From Planctomycetales bacterium (GTDB lineage: Bacteria > 4484-113), in the NCBI GenBank assembly GCA_037445915.1, contig JBBIJQ010000054.1, forward strand, positions 1 through 11,914: a stretch of DNA of 11,914 nucleotides. The letters are read 5' to 3'. A program made the translations under genes and the position numbers. Shown piece by piece: positions 1 through 5,532 of the stretch; positions within the stretch are counted from its first letter, which is position 1, and every line of letters starts with the position of its first letter. The notes under the pieces are model-generated. The model did no database searches. It was not told the origin of the DNA and saw only the letters and a list, made by a program, of their open reading frames with translations.

Positions 1-249
1 GCTAGTCCAGTTCTTTATGATGCTTTCTCGAAGGTGGGAGCGTAACTTTTCAAACAGCCCTTTGTTAACTCCATCTGGAGGAGTGTATGCATCAATCTCC
101 GCCAGTGTCTCCGAGAGAGTTTTCCCTGTGGAAAGCGGATTTGTAATGAAGAATGATGAACGGTTGGAATGCCGACTGCACCCGCCTAGAATTGTGGCCG
201 TGGCGATGACAGCCACGAAGGTAGCCAACGATAGCGATACATACTGCAC
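1..249 (-). CDS. N-terminal part of a putative lipoprotein, paralog of the 284..2722 protein (runs off the left edge; start uncertain)
   Basis: Not in the ORF track. The minus frame from GTG at 249 reads VQYVSLSLATFVAVIATATILGG-C-SRHSN...KTLSETLAEIDAYTPPDGVNKGLFEKLRSHLRESIIKNWTS with no stop to the edge. It has a hydrophobic stretch and a lipobox-like ILGGC, and aligns by eye with YTLQDALAELDALVKPESVDAKVWEELKDALKEAL of the neighbour. Confidence 0.8.
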   Translation of the reverse strand, partial: MQYVSLSLATFVAVIATATILGGCSRHSNRSSFFITNPLSTGKTLSETLAEIDAYTPPDGVNKGLFEKLRSHLRESIIKNWTS

Positions 250-283
250 CTCGCAACTCAGTTATTAAGTATGATTTTCAGGC

Positions 284-2722
284 TTACCAGAAAAGCCCGT
301 AATAATTCCACCATGTAACCGGAGTAGTGTCCGCAGTCTCAGTCAACTGAACAGCCAAGGTTCCTGAGGAATCTACGCCGAGAAGTTTGCCTTCCCATGT
401 GTGAGCGTTACCTGCCTGCGGGAACAGGCGCGCTGATATCCATCCACCGGGAGTTCTCCAGGATGCCCTGAACTCTTCAGCGTTGGTTTCGTAATCATCG
501 CTTGAGCACAGCAAGAGTGGAGTCCCATCGCTCAAGAGTACGGGCTTGTTTAGTAAGGCAGGAGATGCGCCAGTATCGGCGTCCTCGATTGTCCAAGTGC
601 TTCCGGAGAAAACTGCAAAGCTCAAAACCCTCGGTGCAGGATAAGGAGGCTCGCGCACGAGACTAAGCTGAAGCGAGCCATCTGGTTTGGATATTAGCTC
701 GCTATAGCTACCATATTCAGGAACCTTCTCCATCTGCCAGCCATCGATCTGCTTGATTGCAATCCATGCCGCCCATATTCCACTCAGATCTGAAACAGCC
801 GCTACCGCTTGGTCTTGGTCGTCAACGATTAGACTTGTAAGCCCGATGCTAATATCTCCAGCGGGTATGTATTCAACCTGCCAAGTGCCTGAGGATTTTT
901 CTGCAAATGCGACTCTGGACTTATCGCCTGCCACGCTCCAAGCCATCACAGGCGTTCCGTCCTTATGAAAGGCCAGCCTCATGCCGAATCCATCAATCAT
1001 CCCGGGCGCGCCAACTTCTTCTGAATACCACTGTTCTGAGCTCCTGTAGACATAGTAGGGCGTCTCGTCTACTCCCCCTGTAAGGCATGCCGCAGCCACA
1101 TCGTTCGTTAACGGATTAAACGCCAGACGGCAGTACCAATAATAGGGAATGGTTTCAGAAGTCCATTCTCCATTCTCATATTGCATGTAATATGCATTTC
1201 CTGGAGCATTCTCTCTCTTTACCCTACAGAGAACGCCGCCAGGGCTAAACACGCTCGTATCAATAAACTCACCTGTGCGTGCGTCGTTCACGTACTCGAT
1301 CAAGTGCCACTGTGCGCTGACGGTAAGCGTGAAGTCGGCGGACGCAGAGCCGGAAGCGTTGGTGACGGTGAGGCGGCAGGGGTATTGGATATCGGGCGCG
1401 GGGAGAGTGCCGCCACGGCCGAGGATGGCGGTCGGCGAAACTTCGGCGCTAACGGGCGGGCTTGCGCCGCCGTCAAATTCCCAGGAGTATGTAAGCGGCT
1501 CGTCGCCGGAAACATCCGCCGTGAAGTTAAGCTGCTCTCCGCTCAGTCCGCAGAAAGGCCCGACGGAATTGATGACAGGCGGGTTGCCGGGAAGCGTGGT
1601 GACGGTGAGCGTGAAGTGGCGCGTCGCGCTGCCGCTTGCGCCTGTGACCTTGACCTGCGCGGAATACTCCGTGTCCACAGCGTCGTTGTTCAGCGTGACG
1701 ATTGGCTGCGCGGCCGTGGATGTGTTGGGCGTTGCGCCGCCGCCGAAGTTCCATTCGTATGTGAAAGGCCCTGTTCCGGCGACGAACGCTGTGAACGTGA
1801 CTTCCGCGCCCGCCATTCCGCTCAAGGGTGTCACGCCGAGCACGCGCACCGGCGCTTCCACGTTCAGCGCGACTACATTACTCGCATCACCGGGATTGCC
1901 CTCCGCGTCTTCGGGCACAACGCGCCAGTATGTGTATGCAGGCTGGTCGCCAAGGTTAATCGTGAATGCGATGCGCCCAACACTTAGCCCTTCGGCGGGA
2001 AGCGGCATATATCTTGAATGCGTAAATGCTCCTTGCTGCTGGTCAGCGCCCTGCACCGAATACTGCGCCACGTTCGTGCCAAAGTTCTGCGCTATCTGCG
2101 TCACATCCTCAACGCCTATCTTCCCGTTTCCGCTGCCGTCAACCACCGCCTGAATGCAATCTGGCTGTGTCGCCAGGTCATAGGTCTCGTTGTAGTGCAT
2201 CGCCAGGGGCGTAATATCGCTGACCCCAACTACGCCGTCCTGGTTATAGTCGCCCAGGTTTCGGTAATGCCACGAAAGTGTGAAGTCCCCGTTCGTCTCG
2301 CGTGTTGCAGTCAAGTCGTTCACCCTGTTGGCCGCGCCGAGCGGTGGCGTTGAAACTATCTTAAGAGCACGCCGGGCTGACCAGCCCGGCTCTGGAATCT
2401 GGATCTCGGAATCTGGACTGAAGGGCGGGCGCTTTACGCCCCGCCGTCCGGACTCTGGAGAATTGCGGCGGGGGATTAACCCCCGCCCTTCAACCATAAG
2501 AGCTTCCTTGAGCGCATCCTTCAATTCCTCCCAAACCTTCGCATCAACGCTTTCAGGCTTCACCAGCGCGTCAAGCTCCGCAAGCGCGTCTTGCAGCGTG
2601 TATGCCTTGGGTTCAAGTGGAACTGCGCCCTTTACAGGCGCTTTATGCTGGCCGCCGCACGATGCCGCCACCCCTAGCATCAAAGCGATCAGCCCCAATA
2701 GGAGTATTTTATAAGCCTGTAT
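284..2722 (-). CDS. Large modular surface lipoprotein: signal II, helical segment, FnIII-like domain with dockerin-like/EF-hand insertion, two PKD domains, C-terminal beta-propeller
   Basis: 804-aa ORF from TTG 2698, extendable in frame to ATA 2722, which lies 7 nt after a GGAGG. Lipobox VAAS-C. Dockerin-like repeats GDYNQDGVVGVSDI and VDGSGNGKIGVEDV. PKD signatures TYEWNFGGG and TYSWEFDGG. Repeated W-x-x-E-x-(I/V) blade motifs in the last ~340 aa. Confidence 0.85.
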   Translation of the reverse strand: MQAYKILLLGLIALMLGVAASCGGQHKAPVKGAVPLEPKAYTLQDALAELDALVKPESVDAKVWEELKDALKEALMVEGRGLIPRRNSPESGRRGVKRPPFSPDSEIQIPEPGWSARRALKIVSTPPLGAANRVNDLTATRETNGDFTLSWHYRNLGDYNQDGVVGVSDITPLAMHYNETYDLATQPDCIQAVVDGSGNGKIGVEDVTQIAQNFGTNVAQYSVQGADQQQGAFTHSRYMPLPAEGLSVGRIAFTINLGDQPAYTYWRVVPEDAEGNPGDASNVVALNVEAPVRVLGVTPLSGMAGAEVTFTAFVAGTGPFTYEWNFGGGATPNTSTAAQPIVTLNNDAVDTEYSAQVKVTGASGSATRHFTLTVTTLPGNPPVINSVGPFCGLSGEQLNFTADVSGDEPLTYSWEFDGGASPPVSAEVSPTAILGRGGTLPAPDIQYPCRLTVTNASGSASADFTLTVSAQWHLIEYVNDARTGEFIDTSVFSPGGVLCRVKRENAPGNAYYMQYENGEWTSETIPYYWYCRLAFNPLTNDVAAACLTGGVDETPYYVYRSSEQWYSEEVGAPGMIDGFGMRLAFHKDGTPVMAWSVAGDKSRVAFAEKSSGTWQVEYIPAGDISIGLTSLIVDDQDQAVAAVSDLSGIWAAWIAIKQIDGWQMEKVPEYGSYSELISKPDGSLQLSLVREPPYPAPRVLSFAVFSGSTWTIEDADTGASPALLNKPVLLSDGTPLLLCSSDDYETNAEEFRASWRTPGGWISARLFPQAGNAHTWEGKLLGVDSSGTLAVQLTETADTTPVTWWNYYGLFW
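2371..2390. repeat. Perfect 9-bp inverted repeat (REP-like hairpin) within the lipoprotein CDS
   Basis: GCCGGGCTG (2371-2379) AC CAGCCCGGC (2382-2390), followed by degenerate TCTGGA repeats at 2391-2417. Confidence 0.75.
2419..2492. repeat. REPIN-like inverted pair of palindromic units inside the lipoprotein CDS
   Basis: Outer inverted repeat TGAAGGGCGGG (2419-2429) / CCCGCCCTTCA (2482-2492). Inner inverted repeat CCCCGCCG (2439-2446) / CGGCGGGG (2466-2473). Each half is itself a hairpin: GGCGGGCG-CTTTA-CGCCCCGCC (imperfect) and GGCGGGGG-ATTAA-CCCCCGCC (perfect). Confidence 0.75.
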
Positions 2723-2749
2723 AACGCTCCCTCCGCCTTATCCGCCCAT

Positions 2750-2755
2750 ATTATA
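2750..2755 (-). promoter_or_regulatory. Candidate -10 element (TATAAT) for the lipoprotein genes
   Basis: Perfect TATAAT on the minus strand 15 nt upstream of the GGAGG at 2734-2730, just downstream of the nrdJ terminator. No convincing -35. Confidence 0.5.
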
Positions 2756-2785
2756 CCCCGGTTTGGCAGCAAATCCAGGGAAGCT

Positions 2786-2816
2786 AAATAAAGAGGGAGG
2801 GGATTACTCCCCTCCC
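2786..2816 (-). terminator. Intrinsic terminator downstream of nrdJ
   Basis: Minus strand GGGAGGGGA-GTAA-TCCCCTCCC (9-bp perfect stem) followed by TCTTTATTT, about 40 nt after the nrdJ stop. Confidence 0.8.
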
Positions 2817-2854
2817 CAGAAAATGTAGGGCGTAACCTTAAGGAGGTTGGGTAG

Positions 2855-5239
2855 CTAGCACTTAGAGTAGCCGCAGATGTGGCAGGCTACGCAGCCCGAA
2901 TCGTGGATCAGCGTGCCGCCGCAGTCGGGGCAAACGTCCACCATATTTCTCATCAAGTTGTTGATGGTCGGCTTGCCAGGCTCCTTGCCGCCGTTTCCCG
3001 GCGAGTAGGGAGCTGCGGTGACTTTGACAAAGTTGTCGGGCGTGGGCGCCTTGGGCGGGAAGGAATAGCGGCCGTTTATCTGAATGCCCCTGAACTCAAG
3101 GAAGCTCTCCACGGCCTTGGCGATAGCGTCGCAGCATGATGATACGCGAACTCCGCCGGGAAGCATATGGGGGACGGGGCAGGCGATGCCGCGAAGCTGC
3201 TTGAGGATGCTTTCTATATCAATGCCCGACCGTAGCGCCAGCGATATCATGCGCGTGATGCCTTCGCTTTGCGCGTCGGCGCATCCGCCGGCCTTGCCCA
3301 TCTGGCTGAAGATTTCAAACGGCTTGCCGTCTTCGTCTTCATTGATGGTCACATACATCTTCCCGCAGCCGGTCTCTATGAACGTCGTTGCGCCGGTAAC
3401 GATTTTCGGGCGCTGGCGCGGCTTGATGGTCATGCCGGGCAGCGGGGGCTGGGTGACGGTCGCAGCCTCGGCTTCTTTCTTGCCGCCGGCGCCGATGTTA
3501 AGCACTTGTTCGTCGCGGCTGCCGTCGCGGTAAACAGTCACGCCTTTGCAATCCAGCTTGTAGGCCAGCGTGAACACTTTGCGTACGTCGTCCGGCGTCG
3601 CCTCGCGCCTGAAGTTCACCGTCTTGCTAACGGCGTTGTCGGTGTGCTGCTGGAAGCCGGCTTGCATACGGATGTGGAATTCTGGGGTGATATCGTGGCT
3701 TGTGACGAAGATGCGCTTCCACTTGTCGGGGATCTCGGAGAAGCCTTCAAGTGTTCCTTTCTGCGCGATTTTGTGCATAAGCTCTTCGCTGTAGAAACCC
3801 TCGCGCTGGGCGACTTTCATGAAGTATGGGTTTACCTCAATCAGTTCCGTCCCGTCCATTACGTTTTTCACATAAACCACTGCAAACAACGGCTCAATGC
3901 CCGAGCTCGCGCCGGCAATCATGGAGATAGTGCCGGTCGGAGCGATGGTCGTCCTGGTAGCATTGCGGTATCTAGTGTCGGTGCCGGCCCAGATGCTCTT
4001 CTCCCAGAACGGGAACGCCCCGCGCTGGCGCGCAAGCTCTGCGCTAGCGGCGTTGCTCTCATCCTGGATGAAGCGCATCACGTTGCGCGCAAGCTCAACG
4101 GCCTCGTCGGAGTTGTAGGGAATCTCCAACAGGAACAGCATGTCAGCCCATCCCATAACGCCCAGCCCGATCTTGCGGTTGCCGCGCACCATGCGGTCTA
4201 TCTCCGGCAGCGGGAATGAGTTGGCGTCAACGACGTTGTCCAGGAAGTGGATGCTTGAGCGCGTAATGCGGCGCAGCCTTTCCCAGTCAACCTGCTTGTC
4301 TTCGGTAACGCACTTGCCAAGGTTGAGCGATCCAAGATTGCATGCTTCGTAGGGCAGCAGCGGCTGTTCGCCGCACGGGTTAGTGGCCTCAATCGCGCCT
4401 ACTGCCGGCGTTGGGTTGTCGCGGTTGATGCGGTCAAGGAAGACAATTCCCGGCTCGCCGTTCTTCCACGCGTGGTTGACGATGAAGTCAAACACCTTGC
4501 GCGCCTTGAGCTGCTTCACTACCGCGCGCGAGTTGGGGTTGACCAGTGAATAATCTTCATCATTCTCAACAGCGCGCATAAACTCTTCGTCCACGGCGAC
4601 AGAGATGTTGAAGTTGGTTATGTCTTTGTCGGCTTTCTTGCAGGTGATGAAGTCAAGAATGTCCGGGTGGTGCACGTCAAGGATGCCCATGTTCGCGCCG
4701 CGCCGCGTCCCGCCTTGCTTGATAACTTCGGTAGCCTGGTTGAATACTTTAAGGAATGATATCGGGCCTGACGCAATGCCGCCAGTGCTGCGCACTACGT
4801 CCTTAGACGGGCGCAAGCGCGAAAAGGAAAAGCCTGTCCCGCCGCCGGTCTGGTGGATGAGCGCAGCGTGTTTCACCGTATCAAATATCGCATCAAGCGA
4901 ATCCGCGATTGGCAGCACGAAGCATGCTGATAGCTGGCCGCCGGGCTTGCCTGCGTTCATCAGCGTTGGGGAGTTAGGGAGGAATTCCATGCGCACCATG
5001 AGATCGTAGAACTCGCGCTCAGTCTTGCGGATGTCCAGCCGCGAATCGTATTTAAGGTCGGGCGCAGCCACTACCACCGCAACCCGCTGGAACATCTCAA
5101 CCTCCGTCTCTACGACGTCGGCATTCTCATCGCGGCGCAAGTAGCGCCGCTTCAAAATCACTCGGGCATTTTCCGAAATATCAGGCTCAAGGCTCATATG
5201 AGTAGCCTCTTCCCTGCTCTTAATTAACGGCGAAGTCAC
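2855..5239 (-). CDS. nrdJ: Class II adenosylcobalamin-dependent ribonucleotide reductase with C-terminal TSCPD-like domain and Cys-rich ribbon
   Basis: Motifs FLPNSPTLMNAG, LSACFV, GGGTG, RRGANM, NGEPG, ATNPCGEQPL (thiyl-radical Cys), EACNLGS, TTIAPTGTIS and AVSKTVN. C-terminal GKAGGC...SCCDAIAK and CPDCG...GCVACHICGYSKC. No radical-subunit gene adjacent. GGAGG lies 5 nt before GTG 5239; alternative ATG at 5197. Confidence 0.95.
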   Translation of the reverse strand: MTSPLIKSREEATHMSLEPDISENARVILKRRYLRRDENADVVETEVEMFQRVAVVVAAPDLKYDSRLDIRKTEREFYDLMVRMEFLPNSPTLMNAGKPGGQLSACFVLPIADSLDAIFDTVKHAALIHQTGGGTGFSFSRLRPSKDVVRSTGGIASGPISFLKVFNQATEVIKQGGTRRGANMGILDVHHPDILDFITCKKADKDITNFNISVAVDEEFMRAVENDEDYSLVNPNSRAVVKQLKARKVFDFIVNHAWKNGEPGIVFLDRINRDNPTPAVGAIEATNPCGEQPLLPYEACNLGSLNLGKCVTEDKQVDWERLRRITRSSIHFLDNVVDANSFPLPEIDRMVRGNRKIGLGVMGWADMLFLLEIPYNSDEAVELARNVMRFIQDESNAASAELARQRGAFPFWEKSIWAGTDTRYRNATRTTIAPTGTISMIAGASSGIEPLFAVVYVKNVMDGTELIEVNPYFMKVAQREGFYSEELMHKIAQKGTLEGFSEIPDKWKRIFVTSHDITPEFHIRMQAGFQQHTDNAVSKTVNFRREATPDDVRKVFTLAYKLDCKGVTVYRDGSRDEQVLNIGAGGKKEAEAATVTQPPLPGMTIKPRQRPKIVTGATTFIETGCGKMYVTINEDEDGKPFEIFSQMGKAGGCADAQSEGITRMISLALRSGIDIESILKQLRGIACPVPHMLPGGVRVSSCCDAIAKAVESFLEFRGIQINGRYSFPPKAPTPDNFVKVTAAPYSPGNGGKEPGKPTINNLMRNMVDVCPDCGGTLIHDSGCVACHICGYSKC

Positions 5240-5269
5240 GATAGCCTCCCTCTTGACGTTTGTTAGGCA

Positions 5270-5377
5270 TTATCCCCCGGAGAAACGCGGTGAGGAACAA
5301 TATAGCGCAGTTATCCACGTCTTTCAACAGCGATTACTTAACACACGGCGGATAATTGTTGATATCCGGTGGATAAC
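5270..5377. promoter_or_regulatory. Cluster of DnaA-box-like 9-mers
   Basis: Plus strand: TTATCCCCC 5270-5278, TTATCCACG 5311-5319, CTTTCAACA 5321-5329. Minus strand: TTATCCGCC 5347-5355, ATATCAACA 5357-5365, TTATCCACC 5368-5376. Each is 1-2 mismatches from TTWTNCACA. Confidence 0.7.
5299..5327 (-). promoter_or_regulatory. Proximal sigma70-type promoter for nrdJ
   Basis: TTGAAA (5327-5322), 17 nt spacer, TATATT (5304-5299). Confidence 0.6.
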
Positions 5378-5417
5378 TTCGTTCATCAAGTTCATCCCTA
5401 ATCACAGGGCAATCGGT

Positions 5418-5446
5418 AGTGTAGTGCAAAGCAATCAGCTCGTCAA
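5418..5446 (-). promoter_or_regulatory. Distal sigma70-type promoter oriented toward nrdJ
   Basis: TTGACG (5446-5441), 17 nt spacer, TACACT (5423-5418). Confidence 0.6.
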
Positions 5447-5532
5447 CGTATCCATAGCCCTAAAATGGTTAAACTTCCGCCTGAAGCTATGCCCTAGAAG
5501 CGTCCGGCCTAACAGGTTAGCGAAAGCGCTTT

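Noticed and set aside
17-268. 83-aa plus-strand ORF in the track
   Set aside because: It is the antisense shadow of the minus-strand lipoprotein paralog, which has a lipobox and clear similarity to its neighbour.
284-420. Possible diversity-generating retroelement variable region at the lipoprotein C-terminus
   Set aside because: No template repeat, reverse transcriptase or adenine-specific repeat pair is visible in the window.
2371-2492. CRISPR array or IS ends as the explanation for the palindromes
   Set aside because: No direct repeats with unique spacers, no cas or transposase gene, and no clear target-site duplication.
1181-2714. Long plus-strand ORFs (268, 292 and 144 aa) opposite the lipoprotein gene
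   Set aside because: No motifs or RBS. These are expected stop-poor antisense frames in GC-rich coding DNA.
2738-2749. Mini-ORF ATG GGC GGA TAA in frame with the lipoprotein gene (possible readthrough or uORF)
   Set aside because: The ATG directly abuts the TATAAT, so it would lie upstream of the expected transcription start, and it has no SD.
2855-5239. Intein or intron in nrdJ, and the 316-aa antisense ORF 3269..4219
   Set aside because: The catalytic motifs are contiguous with normal spacing and there are no splicing motifs. The antisense ORF is a shadow frame.
5240-5532. Cobalamin riboswitch or NrdR boxes upstream of nrdJ
   Set aside because: No B12-box-like motifs on the minus strand. 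Only a half-site resembling an NrdR box (AATATAGCG, 5299-5307) is present, and it is explained by the -10 element.
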